Source: Naegleria gruberi
Lineage: Eukaryota
DNA: 64,000 bases
Reading direction: 5' to 3' (one strand)
Assembly (NCBI GenBank): GCA_000004985.1
Contig: GG738875.1
Part shown: positions 46,537 through 58,184 of the stretch, one piece after another
Numbering within the stretch: position 1 is the stretch's first letter
Layout: each line of letters starts with the position of its first letter
The notes under the pieces: model-generated
The model's input: the letters and a program-made list of their open reading frames with translations, nothing else
Told to the model about the DNA's origin: nothing
Databases searched by the model: none
Position numbers and translations under genes: made by a program

Positions 46537-47348
46537 TTAATCCTTCTTTAATTCCAAAATTTCAGTTTTGATACCTTCCTTTGTAATAATTAAGATTTCA
46601 ACAGAGTCACCAGTGTAGATATCTCTTTCACCTGCGCTCGTAAAGGCATCCTTAACAATACTTAAACTTTGTTCAAGAGTAAGGTCAGTATTTGGAACCA
46701 AAAGGTGATTCTTGAAAGCAACTTGGTTATCAAGGAGAGGTTGAATAAGAGTTTGACCAGAACCTTGACTTCCTACTTCTACAGATTGATAGGATCCGAT
46801 AGCATCATAACTGAAAACAATTCCTTTTCCATCAGTATCCAAACCAGCAACAAGATTAAATGTATAGTATGGGAAAAATCTACGATTGTACAACATGTTA
46901 GAAAGCATTTGTCCAACAGCAACAACACTCATTGGTTTTCCATGTTGATGTTCATATTCTACAAGTCTCATCTTTAACACTTTGTGTAATGTGGCAGCAT
47001 CAGATTGCATACCAGCGGAAGCAATAACACACTTATCAGTCAATTTACATAATTTAGTTGATTTACGGGTTTGAATTGAATATCCTAAACTCATTCTTGT
47101 GTCAGCAGCTACGATTACATAGTCTGGACCAGGAATAGCAAGTGTAGTACTAAGATCAATTGTATTATCAAAAAAATATTATTGTTGTATAATCATCATC
47201 AGGAGCATTATTAATTTGTACATATTATTCAAGATTACATCAATTTAAATATTCTCAATAGATCATTGAATCAAATAATCGTACTTACCCTCCGTTGTCT
47301 TCGTATGGAGAGAATTTAGGTCTTTCAAATGTATTGGCGTGGAACATT
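46537..47348 (-). CDS. 20S proteasome beta-6 subunit (PSMB1-like, non-catalytic). Model: join(complement(47290..47348),complement(46537..47149)), 223 aa
   Basis: The exon 1 - intron (47150..47289, 140 nt, GTAAGTACG...TCTTAG) - exon 2 join gives [48 protein letters not shown]. This aligns with human PSMB1 ([38 protein letters not shown]). The C-terminus (...YTGDSVEILIITKEGIKTEILELKKD) is also PSMB1-like. Confidence 0.8.
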
Positions 47349-47667
47349 TTTTTATAAGTTTTATTTACATTCTCTCTATTAATAGATTACTTTTGCGAAG
47401 CAAGAAAATTTTTCATCACACCATCACAGAATATTTATTTTTTATTTTTAATTTTCTCCTTCCCTTCAACGAATTTCAAGTTAGCTTTTACAATCCGAAT
47501 TGAACTAGATTGCTTCGTCATCAAAAAGTTTACAAAACCCAATGTTGAACACAATGCCATTTCCTAATTGCACACCTTTCCGATAATATAAATTAGATTT
47601 TCCTGATTTTCATGAGATAATTTAAAAAAAACTAATTCAAAAACTGTTTGCACTTGTAAATTAAAAA
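47349..47667. promoter_or_regulatory. Divergent intergenic region between proteasome beta6 (minus) and deoxyhypusine synthase (plus)
   Basis: A 319-bp AT-rich spacer between two divergent start codons. The plus-strand ATG is preceded by an A-run. Confidence 0.3.
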
Positions 47668-48816
47668 ATGTCTCAAAACACAACAACTGGTGATATTGGT
47701 CAACAAGCTGTCTTTATCAAGACTGATCCATATGAATGCGGTTTATTACAAAAGGAAGTTCGTGGTTATGATTTTAACAATGATTTGAAGGATTTGAACA
47801 AACCAATTGACTATAATGCTCTTCTTGAATCATATTATACTACCGGATTCCAAGCCCACAATTTTGGTGAAGCTGTTAATATTTTGAATGCCATGTTACG
47901 TTGGAGATTGAGTGATGAACCAATGATGGAAAATGAACAAGAACCATATGATGATCCTGAAGTTAGAAAGAATACCAAATGTAAAGTTTTTCTCGGATAT
48001 ACTTCAAATATGGTTTCATGTGGTGTTAGAGAAGTGATTAGATTCTTGGTTCAACATAAATTAGTTGATGCCATTGTTACAACTTGTGGTGCTATTGAAG
48101 AAGATATTATGAAGACAATGCAACCAACTTATTTGGGTGCTTTTGATTTGGATGGTAAAATGTTGAGACTTAATGGTATCAATAGAATTGGTAATTTGTT
48201 GATTGCTAATCAAAACTATTGTAAATTTGAAGATTGGATTACCCCAGTTTTGGATGCCATGTTAGAAGAACAATATAAGGGTAAATTGTGGTCTCCTTCA
48301 CTTATGATTGATAGATTCGGAAAGGAATTGAATAACGAAGATTCTATTTTATATTGGGCTCACAAGAATGAAATTCCAATTTATTGCCCATCCCTTACTG
48401 ATGGTTCAATTGGTGATATGCTCTATTTCCACTCTTATTCTGATAAGAAGGGTGACGGTCTTGTTTGTGACATTGTTAGTGATATTAGAAGATTGAACGG
48501 TCAAGCTGTTCGTGCCAAGAAGACTGGTATGGTTATTTTAGGAGGTGGTGTTATTAAGCATCACATTTGTAATGCCAATTTAATGAGAAATGGTGCTGAT
48601 TTCACTGTTTATATTAATACTGGTCAAGAATTCGATGGTTCTGATGCTGGTGCTAGATGTGATGAAGCTGTCAGTTGGGGTAAGATTCGTCTTGGATCAA
48701 GACATACCAAGATTTATGCTGAAGCTTCTCTTATTTTCCCACTTCTTGTTGCTCAAACATTCGTCAAATATCAACGTGAACAAGAAGAAAAGAAATTGAA
48801 AGAACAACAGCAATAA
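47668..48816 (+). CDS. DHPS: Deoxyhypusine synthase, 382 aa
   Basis: The stretch [23 protein letters not shown]...[55 protein letters not shown] is near-identical to animal and fungal DHS. The catalytic Lys region is present. Confidence 0.9.
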   Translation: MSQNTTTGDIGQQAVFIKTDPYECGLLQKEVRGYDFNNDLKDLNKPIDYNALLESYYTTGFQAHNFGEAVNILNAMLRWRLSDEPMMENEQEPYDDPEVRKNTKCKVFLGYTSNMVSCGVREVIRFLVQHKLVDAIVTTCGAIEEDIMKTMQPTYLGAFDLDGKMLRLNGINRIGNLLIANQNYCKFEDWITPVLDAMLEEQYKGKLWSPSLMIDRFGKELNNEDSILYWAHKNEIPIYCPSLTDGSIGDMLYFHSYSDKKGDGLVCDIVSDIRRLNGQAVRAKKTGMVILGGGVIKHHICNANLMRNGADFTVYINTGQEFDGSDAGARCDEAVSWGKIRLGSRHTKIYAEASLIFPLLVAQTFVKYQREQEEKKLKEQQQ

Positions 48817-48940
48817 AATTAAATTTTTATATTTTAAAAGGAATGAGGTTGGATTGGGTAATTAGCTATTATTTCCATTAAAAGCTATAAATTAAATCTA
48901 GAATGAAATTAAGCTGAATCTCATGCCAAAATTATATAAA

Positions 48941-49491
48941 TTAATGGCTTTCAAAATCAATGACAGCTCTAATAAAGCTATACAAATAGAATCCAAAGAG
49001 AACAACATAGTAAACAATGTGAGCAATTGCTTCCTTCTTTCTCTTTCCGATTTCACGGTACAAATCAGTTGGATCTAATTCAAAACTACGATCGAAATAA
49101 CACTTCAAGTGATAAATAATAACTGGAGCATTAAGAAGAAGGGCCACATAGGTGTTGTTGTAGAAGATGGCCAAAACAAAGCACAAAACAACATGAGTAA
49201 TGTACTCAATCTTCACCATAATATTGACATTCTTACAAAGTGACATACTACTAATTTGGTTTTGTTCATATTCCAAGAAGGTAATTAACTGTATTAATCC
49301 AAATTTTGTTCAAATTTTAAATTCAACAACATTCCGTTCCATACAACAAAAAAATCAATGTTTAGAAAGTTTTCAAACAAGCCAATTTGTATCAATCTTA
49401 TTCTCTTCTCCTCTATACTTACATAGATGCCATTCAAGAATGGGTGGACAATACTGAACAACCACACTAACAACCACAAGATGAAAATCAT
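48941..49491 (-). CDS. Cornichon / Erv14 cargo-receptor family protein. Model: join(complement(49423..49491),complement(48941..49288)), 138 aa
   Basis: Exon 1 is MIFILWLLVWLFSIVHPFLNGIY, then GTAAGTATAG. A 134-nt intron spans 49289..49422 and ends at an aatacAG acceptor. Exon 2 is LITFLEYEQNQ...ALLLNAPVIIYHLKCY...DPTDLYRE...AIAHIVYYVVLFGFYLYSFIRAVI, which matches the cornichon consensus (LNMPLLAYHIWRY...DPTEI...KLAFYLLSFFYYLYGMI). Confidence 0.7.
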
Positions 49492-50004
49492 TTTTTTTTA
49501 AAATTAAATTTCCTATTCTTTTGATGATGTAATCATGTTGGAGCCCACAACTCAATAATACATTAAAATTAGTGTCTATGATGATGATGGCATGTGGCAT
49601 CACGTTGTATTATGAACAAAACATGTAAATTTATTCATCACTCCTCACAATTAAGAAGCCATACATTTTATCTTGTTGATGACATTTGGAATTCAGCTCT
49701 CTCTTTGCCTCTGTTGAGAGATTCAACCTTGTTGAATGAAAGAATACTATTAGGAGATGAGGAGCTTGAAAGTAAACAACTACCTCACTGTAAATTGAAA
49801 TGGTTATTACAGTGGTGATTAGCAAACTAGCAACTCCTGATATTAAAATAATGAACGCTGAATTAATAGATAGATCTAACTGAAAAAAATCAAAATAACA
49901 ACAGTTTCGTTTTGGATTTGAAGCCTGCATACAAGACGAAGAAGAGAAAATGAAATTAATTGTATTATCTTTCCGAAGAGATGTTATTGCTTTGGTCATA
50001 ATTG

Positions 50005-50958
50005 ATGATCTGTTCCATCATGATGAATGGTGTTATGGCATTCAAAAACAAGGACAGCAGCTTTCCATCATTGGGAGAATTTGCTGGTAAAGTTGTCTAT
50101 GTTTCTGGAGGTTCTGCTGGTATCGGCTATCAAACTTCTCTTCAATTTGCTAGAGAGGGAGCTCGTGTTGTTTTCACTGCTAGAAATGCTCATCCAGATT
50201 GGTATACAGGAGAGGAGGCTGAGATTAAGATTAATAGAGATGATAGAGTTGTTGCGAGTGGTGGAAAGGCAACTTTTATCAAGTGTGATATTTCAAATTA
50301 TACTCAAGTGAGAGATTTGTTCTTTAACAAGATTGATCGTTTATTTGGTAAATTGGATATTGCTGTGAATAATGCTGGAATAGGAGGACCTGGAGGTAAT
50401 TTGGTTGATCTTGATCCTGAATACTTTTTGGGAACTAAGCATAATCCTATGCATAATAATGCTTATGGTGTTGTTTATCAAATGCATGTTCAACTTCAAT
50501 ATTGGGCCTCTAAGAAAGATAACTCAACTGTAAAGTCAATTGTGAACTTGTCAAGCTATAATGGATTGAGAGCTTGCCCAGGTTGTTCTCTTTATTCAGC
50601 TTCAAAGCATGCAATTATTGGATTAACTCAATCTGTTGCTATTGAGCATGCAAAGGCAACTCCAAAGATGCCAAGAGTTAGAGTAAACGCTGTAGCACCA
50701 GGTTTAATAGATACACCTCTTACAAGAAACCAAGCTAAATCTATTTTTGAAGGAATTCCAACATGGCAAGGTCCTCTCATTACTGAAACTGATCCACTTT
50801 GGTTAAAGATGAAACCAGAGGCAGAAAACTCCTTGGTTGGTGGAGTACTTGGTAAACCAGAGGAAATGGCTAATGTTATCATGTTCTTGTCCAGTGATAG
50901 AGCTAGTTACGTTTCTGGTACAGTCATTAGTGCTGACAATGCAGAGACAGCAAAATAA
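50005..50958 (+). CDS. Short-chain dehydrogenase/reductase (classical SDR), about 317 aa
   Basis: Cofactor-binding motif VSGGSAGIGYQTS and NNAG. Catalytic YSASKHAIIGL with Y-x3-K, and PGLIDTPL. The track start 50002 is a TTG. The first ATG is 50005. In-frame ATGs at 50020 and 50035 are alternatives. Confidence 0.75.
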   Translation: MICSIMMNGVMAFKNKDSSFPSLGEFAGKVVYVSGGSAGIGYQTSLQFAREGARVVFTARNAHPDWYTGEEAEIKINRDDRVVASGGKATFIKCDISNYTQVRDLFFNKIDRLFGKLDIAVNNAGIGGPGGNLVDLDPEYFLGTKHNPMHNNAYGVVYQMHVQLQYWASKKDNSTVKSIVNLSSYNGLRACPGCSLYSASKHAIIGLTQSVAIEHAKATPKMPRVRVNAVAPGLIDTPLTRNQAKSIFEGIPTWQGPLITETDPLWLKMKPEAENSLVGGVLGKPEEMANVIMFLSSDRASYVSGTVISADNAETAK

Positions 50959-51016
50959 GTGTTAATAAATTTATTCCTAGTAAATTGTTTAAATCAAAAT
51001 TGTTGGTGAAAACTGG

Positions 51017-53033
51017 TTAAACACTTTTAGTTTCTTCCTCTTCTGTTTCATATCTTCTCTTCAAAATTGATTTAGGTACAGTTAGGGAAAGAATAAAGGT
51101 GAATATACACACTCCAGCACACACCCAAAAACTAATCTTGTCGACGAGTGGAACTTTTCCAATCCAAGAGTTTGGATTTGATTCAGTGATACTTTCAGCC
51201 CAATTCAATCCAACACTAAGCAATACTCCTCCAATGAATGGACCTGAAGCCCAACCTATTGAAGCAGTAATATGTGCTAATCCAGTTGTGCTTCCAATGT
51301 GTTCCGAAGATGGGGCTGAATTGTTGACAAGTAAGAATTGAGAGGTATAGGCCATTTCTTGTGCGCATGATTTGATAAAGATACAAAAAGTGGCAAAAAT
51401 AAAAACAACCCAAGGATTCCACTCATATTGGACTAGTTCAGTACTGAATGGAAAAACTATTACGTCAATGATGTAAACTATCAAGCCAATTCTGAAGAGC
51501 CATAAGAATCCAAGCTTATCAGATAATTTTGGATAAATAATTAACATTATTAGTGAAGTAACGCCACCAATAGAAAGCATTAATCCAATTTGTGACGAAT
51601 CCAAAGCTAGACCTCTCTTTTGAATTGAATTACTGGCAAAAACTAACAAATATTAATATCATTATAACAAAAAACTTACTTGGAACCATTTCGTCCATAA
51701 TATTAGTAGCAAGACCAAGGAAGAGATACAACAAAGCAACCTTAACAACTATAGAATCTTTCAACAGATAAAAAAGACTCAAGTTTGGTTTTTCCTTATT
51801 AGCAGCTACCTTTGTCTCAATTGAAGATGTTTCCTCGACAGAATTTGAGTCCTCTTCCAATAAATTATCCTTAGTACTGTAGGCGTCTAAGTTTGTCGTG
51901 GAAGCACTTATCATTTCAATAGATGCTTCTTTTTCCTCTTCCACAATTTTCTTTTTTCTTATTCCAACCTTTACAAGAAACCAATTTACAATATCAAATC
52001 TATTCTTTAAAGATTCTTTCATGAAAAATATTGTGCAAATAATTGAAATAATATTCATAATGACTGGAATGGAGAGCGGTAGCACGTACGGATTAGTGTT
52101 AAAGAAATTATAGAGCCATGTTTCTTTACCTCCAAAAAGGAAAGGCCATTTTTCGGCAGGTTTAGACAACCAACCTCCCATTCCAGGAGAAACGATGTTA
52201 CTCACAGCCCAAATACAACTAATAAGCACAAAGGCTTTTTCCTGATTGCTCGAATTGGTAATATCAATAGTGAATGACTTGTAAATTGGAACGTTAGCAT
52301 TCAAAGCTCCGTGAATTGTTCTAACAACTAGGGCAAACCAAAAATTCTTTGAAAATGCAAATAATGACAAAAAGATTACATTCACAACTAAGCCCGATAA
52401 CAATAAGGGTTTTCTTCCTAAATGATCACTCGATCTTGAAATGAACCAATTGGAAATTAATTGAGCAACTGAATAGGCAGATGCCAAAATACCAACCAGT
52501 AATCCAACTCTTTCCTCTGGTATTTCCAATTCATCATGATTGATAATTGTACCATTTCCAATCAATGAACTATTTACACTAAATAATTTCGAATCAAATT
52601 GTTTCGAATATAAATAACTTTTTGGCAAAATTGCAAAACTATTAAATCCCAAGTTGTAACTTGTTGTAGTAGTATTATAACTCAGTGTTCCATTATTTAG
52701 ACGTGCTTCTTGTTGTTCAAACAACAGAAAATCTCTCACCATAAATGGCACAACAGGATAGAGAATTGAATAACCAACAGCCTCAGCAATGATAATTATC
52801 GATATCATTATCATGGCCATTTTAGGCAATGGTGTCACTTCTGGTTTCACTTCCTCTTGATTACTTTCCAAATTTTGTTCCTGTTGCTCTTCTACTTGTT
52901 GATTGTTATCATCAATAATTCCTTCATTATCATCATCATCTGCCAATCGGATGATATTCACCGAAGAAGATAACGAGTGAGTATTGTCATCATCCATTTC
53001 TGGTGGTGAGTCTTGTTGTGGGTGATGACTCAT
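51017..53033 (-). CDS. Major facilitator superfamily transporter. Model: join(complement(51680..53033),complement(51017..51642)), about 659 aa
   Basis: Acidic/Gln-rich N-terminus, then about 12 TM helices with MFS-like loop motifs (HLGRKPLLLSGLV). A large cytoplasmic loop is present. The two track ORFs are joined by a 37-nt intron (51643..51679, GTAAGTTTTTTG...TTGTTAG), giving ...IMDEMVPS|IFASNSIQKRG... in frame. Confidence 0.7.
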
Positions 53034-53741
53034 TTTTTTTCAGTGCGCCTAGTTTTCTAGAAGGATTGAAATATGCTGTTTGTTTCAAATATTCGTTGAA
53101 GATTATAAAGAATAATAAATGGTAATTACAATAAATGGTGAAGAGGTTGCGGCAACGTGCTACGAAAGATATTTTGTTGGTGTGTTGTTTTTTTGTTATC
53201 GGAGGATTTTTGATTTACAGTAGTAATTGGTTTGTGTTGCTTAATAAAAACGTGGGGAAAAAAAGACTGAATAATTGGCTTTCTTGCCTGTATAAGAGTA
53301 AAAGACTACAGCACCACAGGTTCCCAAGTTGTCTCCAACCTCAGTACTGATGTGGCTCTACGATGCTTAACTTCTCAAATCGGACGGGATGAGGTGCATT
53401 CATCGTGATATGGCCGTAGCCATTCATTATATGAAAATTATGATATTGAACGAGTACAGAAATTATGTTTATATTTTATTTCAGTCATCGTTGGATGAAA
53501 TATTTGAATGATACGAAAGGTGAAAGTGTTAATGAAAATCCACCTTAATCCTCATTCAAGTTTCATTCAAATCCAACATTGTAAACTGGCAAACTAGCTT
53601 CCACTTTTCCAATCACCTTCCAATAACACTCCATTTTTAATTTGAGCCACTAAATGATTTAAATTGCCTCCGGAGCTCAAGAATACTCCACACAAAAAAA
53701 CAGCAACAATATTCAACATTCTTCATACAAAAGAATACAAA

Positions 53742-54530
53742 ATGCTTTTCCAACAACCTGTACATACTGGCAGCAATTTTACCATTCCATTTGATGGAAC
53801 CATTGAAAAATTCACCTCTACCTTTCCAATATCTTTAGTGAATAGAGTACACCCCGATCAATTTCAATCTACATTAGAAAAATGTAATTTAGTGATGAAG
53901 AAGCATATGGACAAGATTAAAGAGAGTGATAAGAAAGTGTTGTGGGTTATGTTGGCATTCATTGGCTTGATGATATTGTTAATTTTATTTCCAACTCTTT
54001 TCGTTACTGTCATTATTCCTGTTGGTGATTCTGATGCTTGGATTCCTGCAGTTTTCATTCCAATATTTGCATGTATTCCAATGATTGGAATTATTATTTA
54101 TTCATCTCGTAGAATGCAACAAATCAAAGCCATGCATGTAGAATGTAAGAAGGAAGTTGAAGAGCTATTGGCACAAGAGAATTCAATGTACTTCCAATTT
54201 GGTGTTCAATGGATCTTGAGATATGACGGTATTGAAGCTATTGGCAAGGTCAGATATGGTGTCTATAGGCATTTAAATACCATGCCAAGCTTGGAGATTT
54301 TGACCAATCAAGCAATGTATATGGTGCAACAACCTAATGTTATGGTGCAAGGTAGTTCTGACATGATGCCAATGTATCAACAACAACAAGCTATTTATGT
54401 AGTGCCACCAACTAGTCAACCACAACAACCAACAGTTTATGAACAAGAACCACACAGTGTAACTTATCAACAAGTGAATCAATACCAAAAGGAAAATGAT
54501 AATCAACCACTGTTAGGTAATAGAGTGTAA
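53742..54530 (+). CDS. Hypothetical membrane protein with two predicted TM helices and a Gln-rich C-terminus, 262 aa
   Basis: The first ATG (caaaATGctt) in an ORF whose track start 53664 is a TTG. Two adjacent hydrophobic helices (VLWVMLAFIGLMILLILFPTLFVTVIIPV and IPAVFIPIFACIPMIGIIIY). Q/P/Y-rich tail. Confidence 0.4.
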   Translation: MLFQQPVHTGSNFTIPFDGTIEKFTSTFPISLVNRVHPDQFQSTLEKCNLVMKKHMDKIKESDKKVLWVMLAFIGLMILLILFPTLFVTVIIPVGDSDAWIPAVFIPIFACIPMIGIIIYSSRRMQQIKAMHVECKKEVEELLAQENSMYFQFGVQWILRYDGIEAIGKVRYGVYRHLNTMPSLEILTNQAMYMVQQPNVMVQGSSDMMPMYQQQQAIYVVPPTSQPQQPTVYEQEPHSVTYQQVNQYQKENDNQPLLGNRV

Positions 54531-54729
54531 ATTATTTTTGTAAATAAAAATTGTAAATATTAAAAATAATACAATTTTAATATTCCATAAACTCAGAAAG
54601 GGCAAGAAAGGCTCAGAAAGTTCATCATGCTAAACCTTGCTATGTTTTTAATTAAGGTGGCTGGATACAAAATTATTTAAGTGGTAATAATTGTTATTGT
54701 GGTTGTTAGGAAGAATTCCTCAACAAAAA

Positions 54730-55098
54730 ATGCAACAACTTGTGGAGGGGCAGATTTGGACATATCATCATCGTTCTAAAGATGATTCTACATCCCGATT
54801 CACAATTTATAAAATTGACCAGATGGGTGATCATGATGTAGTGCATATCAAAATTTCTGGTGTTCGATTTGCTGGAAAAAAGATGCAAATACAACACATG
54901 CCTTTTACGAGAGAATCTATAGAGCAGAGTGTTATAGAATTGGTTGGAAATATTGATGACTTGAAGGATGAACATTTTACAGATGGATATGAAAATTGGA
55001 AGAAGGAAAGTTTGGAAGGAAGAGCAGGTGCTTGGACTATGAATGTGGATAAAGCAATTGATTTATTGGAGAAGGCTACTACGGGAGCTGATGAATAA
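54730..55098 (+). CDS. Hypothetical small soluble protein, 122 aa
   Basis: First ATG (caacaaaaaATGcaa) inside the track ORF, which starts at TTG 54691. No recognisable domain. Confidence 0.35.
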   Translation: MQQLVEGQIWTYHHRSKDDSTSRFTIYKIDQMGDHDVVHIKISGVRFAGKKMQIQHMPFTRESIEQSVIELVGNIDDLKDEHFTDGYENWKKESLEGRAGAWTMNVDKAIDLLEKATTGADE

Positions 55099-55177
55099 TT
55101 AGATTAGCCTTTGTCAAGCCTCTATTGTAAATATAATTAAAAAATTAAATTATTATTAAATTTGGAAAAATTGGAAT

Positions 55178-56983
55178 TTATTTTACAACCAAGTATTTAA
55201 TCTCTTTTGGAAGAGTAAAGTTTGAAACACCAGTATTAATTGCTCGGATAGATGTGATTTTTGGACAATTTTTGGAAATGCTTAATATGCTATTATTTGT
55301 GATTGGATTTTCACTTAAATCAATCGTCTCCAATAGTGGTAGCTCTTTAGAAATTGCTTCAACAAATTTGTCATTAATATCTTGATTGATAAGTGTGAGA
55401 GTTTTCAAATTTTTGAGTTGGGATAAACGTTCAACACTGAAAATTGGAGTTCTGAAAATATTCAAATCCACCAAATCACACATGACATCTGTGGACACTT
55501 CATGAACTGCTTCATAAGTCCCAAGTTTAAGCTTTTTCAAGGAGGCTATAGTGAGAAGCTCACTAAAACTGTCACCTATTCCGCATGAGGTGATTTCTGC
55601 TGTTTTAATAGGCATTCCTGCAAGATATTTAAGCATTCCTGGCTTGATTTTTTCATGATCCAAGCTAATTGTACTCAACTTTGAACAGGAACTCAAATTT
55701 TCAAAGAATTCTCTTTGAGTATCGTCTGGAGGGCTATCGTAAAGTGTTGTATATCCATGAAGGGAGCCACCATTTTCTCCTTTAAGTATTGATTTGACAG
55801 TTCTAATATTTGGCCAATTTTTAAGAGCTTTTGAAAAGCGGAAAATTGAGGTGACACTTGTTTGAATATCTAAAGTGGTTAATAAAGAAGAATTAGCAGA
55901 AAATTCTGTAAAGTCTTCATCTTTTCCTGCACTGTGACCTCTCCATCTGAATATTCTCAACTTTGGAAATTTAAGTTTACAGAATCTGTTCATTTCACAC
56001 ATATCACTTGAAGGAACTTGAAGGATTGTAACATCTTCCAAATAAGGTGCCATCACTTCCAAGGTTGAAACCAAAACTTCTGAAGGTAATTGTCTTACAT
56101 TAAGACTTGTGATGTTTTGTACAGGTAATAGTTTAAGAGTTTTCTTTGTTTGGGTCAATGCTTGTTGGGAATCTGTGACAGTGGTATCATGTAATAATTT
56201 AACATATGGGACCTTCATTGCAATCTTTGCACCATTGGCTGCCAAGCATTGAGTCATCCTCAAAAGTTCAGATCTATGATACATTTTAGAACCATCCAAC
56301 TCCAATCTTCTAAAGAGAAACTTTGGAGAGTCTCCCTGTCCAGATCTTGTAAATTTACCAAAATACAATTGATTAAACTTTCTAACATTGGAACCACATG
56401 ATTGATCGAATAATCCTCCATAATAGTCCAAAATAATGAGCAACACTTCACTAGGAAGTTTACAAACAAGTCTGTTCAATTCATCTTCCAATTGTTGAGC
56501 TTTAGGAAGTGGTGTTTTTGGTTTCACTGGAACATTGGCAGGTTGTTGCTTACTAACAGGTGGAGCCTTTGTTGTTGATGAGGATGTGGTTGTACTACCA
56601 GTTTTGGTCCTTAATGCTGAAGATGTTTTTGATATGAATGTTGCCTTTGGTGATGAAGATAGACTTGATGGTTTGGAACTTGATGAAACCTTACTAGTAG
56701 TAGTTGTCGCCACAGGTTTGGTTGCACTTGGTAAAGATGATGATGTCTTGCCGGCATTACTTGTTATCTTTGTTACATTACAGCTTGAAGTTGTTGTTGT
56801 TGTGGTTACTGCCTTTGGAGTAGGACTGTTTGACAATGATCTATTATTACTCGTTCCCGAAGAGAATGTCTTTGTACTTGAAGTGGTTGTTGTTGTGCTG
56901 CTGCTAGAAGTTTTGCTTGTTGTTGTTTTTGAGGGAATCTTTGAGGGGGTAGTTGTTGAGGGAGTGGATTTGGTGAGGGCCAT
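55178..56983 (-). CDS. F-box / leucine-rich-repeat protein with a mucin-like Ser/Thr-rich N-terminal region of about 190 aa, 601 aa
   Basis: After the S/T-rich tract comes an F-box-like LPSEVLLIILDY, then degenerate LRRs (LxxLxL, C-terminal ...LETIDLSENPITNNSILSISKNCPKITSI). Confidence 0.5.
   Translation of the reverse strand: MALTKSTPSTTTPSKIPSKTTTSKTSSSSTTTTTSSTKTFSSGTSNNRSLSNSPTPKAVTTTTTTSSCNVTKITSNAGKTSSSLPSATKPVATTTTSKVSSSSKPSSLSSSPKATFISKTSSALRTKTGSTTTSSSTTKAPPVSKQQPANVPVKPKTPLPKAQQLEDELNRLVCKLPSEVLLIILDYYGGLFDQSCGSNVRKFNQLYFGKFTRSGQGDSPKFLFRRLELDGSKMYHRSELLRMTQCLAANGAKIAMKVPYVKLLHDTTVTDSQQALTQTKKTLKLLPVQNITSLNVRQLPSEVLVSTLEVMAPYLEDVTILQVPSSDMCEMNRFCKLKFPKLRIFRWRGHSAGKDEDFTEFSANSSLLTTLDIQTSVTSIFRFSKALKNWPNIRTVKSILKGENGGSLHGYTTLYDSPPDDTQREFFENLSSCSKLSTISLDHEKIKPGMLKYLAGMPIKTAEITSCGIGDSFSELLTIASLKKLKLGTYEAVHEVSTDVMCDLVDLNIFRTPIFSVERLSQLKNLKTLTLINQDINDKFVEAISKELPLLETIDLSENPITNNSILSISKNCPKITSIRAINTGVSNFTLPKEIKYLVVK
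56440..56983. repeat. Low-complexity Ser/Thr-coding tract (acn/tcn repeats)
   Basis: Encodes TTTSKTSSSSTTTTT... on the minus strand. Generates a spurious poly-Val ORF on the plus strand (56535..57008). Confidence 0.5.
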
Positions 56984-57113
56984 TTTTTTTAAAGTTTCAC
57001 CTCTCTGACCCCACCAAAAGAAATCTTATAGAGTTAGAAGTTGACCCGCCTTAATAATTACTATTGATGTTTCACAGTGCGAGCTTTTCTATAAAAATGG
57101 TAAAGAGTTAATT

Positions 57114-58097
57114 TCAATTATTCCATTCGAAATGTCCAAAGAGTACTCTTTCGCCATTGATTGAGTCCACGATTTGTTGCCAAACTGGTTTGGAATTGTG
57201 AGGGCTGGTCTGAGGATGAAAGTGAGTATCTAATTGGAAAATGTAATAGTAAATACAAATGAAATGAAGTAAAATTCCACCAACTGAAAACAAGTGCCAA
57301 ATGGCATGTGAGAAGGGAATTATTCCATCACCATTCAAGAAGTAAATTCCACCTGAGAAGAAAAATCCTCCACCAAATAATGCAAAATAAGCTTCCAAAG
57401 GGATATGAATAAACATTGAAGAGGGAATGGCTACTAGAGCTACCCAACCCATAATATTAAAAAGAGTACCATTCGAAACGAATGTAATCATTCTTCCTTC
57501 AGAAAATGATTTAGTAAGCCCACAAAATGCCAAACACCAAACAAAAATTGTTAAAAACTTTCCATACATATTCTCATTTCCCAATTCCAAAATCATCAAG
57601 AATGGTGTGTAAGTGGCTGCTATAAAGATATAAATTGTTGCATAATCTACAATTCTGAACCAGTATGTTTTGTGTGAAAACTTTCCAAACACCAAACACA
57701 TGACATGATACAAAGTTGACACGAAAAACAATGTAAACAGTGTCATGCAGTAGAGTATGGATGAAATTCGTTCCTCAATACTATTCACCACATGTTCATT
57801 TGTTAAGAATAAATAAACAAAAATGAATAATGGAATACCATGAGTGAGAATGTTTGCCGTTTCCTCAATTTTTGATGGTTCATAATCTTCCACATTCAAA
57901 CTATCAGGAAATTCATTCATGAATATTTTACACATCGGGCAACAAGTCACTGGTTTTTGTTTGTAAATAATTTCATCCACCAATTTGAACTGTTTCTTTT
58001 CTGATGCTGTTTCATGATTATTTTCTGTATTTTCGTCATGATGACAACCACTGTGATGATGACAAGGGGAAGGGTCACCCTTTTTTCGTTCTCTCAT
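57114..58097 (-). CDS. PAQR / hemolysin-III family seven-TM receptor, 327 aa
   Basis: Seven hydrophobic helices. Conserved HAIWHLFSV motif before the last helix. The N-terminal tail is His/Cys-rich (CHHHSGCHHDEN). Confidence 0.7.
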   Translation of the reverse strand: MRERKKGDPSPCHHHSGCHHDENTENNHETASEKKQFKLVDEIIYKQKPVTCCPMCKIFMNEFPDSLNVEDYEPSKIEETANILTHGIPLFIFVYLFLTNEHVVNSIEERISSILYCMTLFTLFFVSTLYHVMCLVFGKFSHKTYWFRIVDYATIYIFIAATYTPFLMILELGNENMYGKFLTIFVWCLAFCGLTKSFSEGRMITFVSNGTLFNIMGWVALVAIPSSMFIHIPLEAYFALFGGGFFFSGGIYFLNGDGIIPFSHAIWHLFSVGGILLHFICIYYYIFQLDTHFHPQTSPHNSKPVWQQIVDSINGERVLFGHFEWNN

Positions 58098-58184
58098 TTT
58101 TTTATTAGATTATAATTAATAAATTAAATATATTGAATTTATTTGAATATTACATAATTTTTCAAAGAATACCTAGAGTCAACC

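Noticed and set aside
53135-53350. Plus-strand 71-aa ORF in the spacer between the MFS gene and the 53742 gene
   Set aside because: No A-run start context. Hydrophobic low-complexity product. It sits within a probable promoter region. Weak support at best.
56535-57008. Plus-strand 157-aa poly-Val/Leu ORF
   Set aside because: It is the antisense of the Ser/Thr-coding repeat in the F-box gene. It is homopolymeric and starts at a non-ATG.
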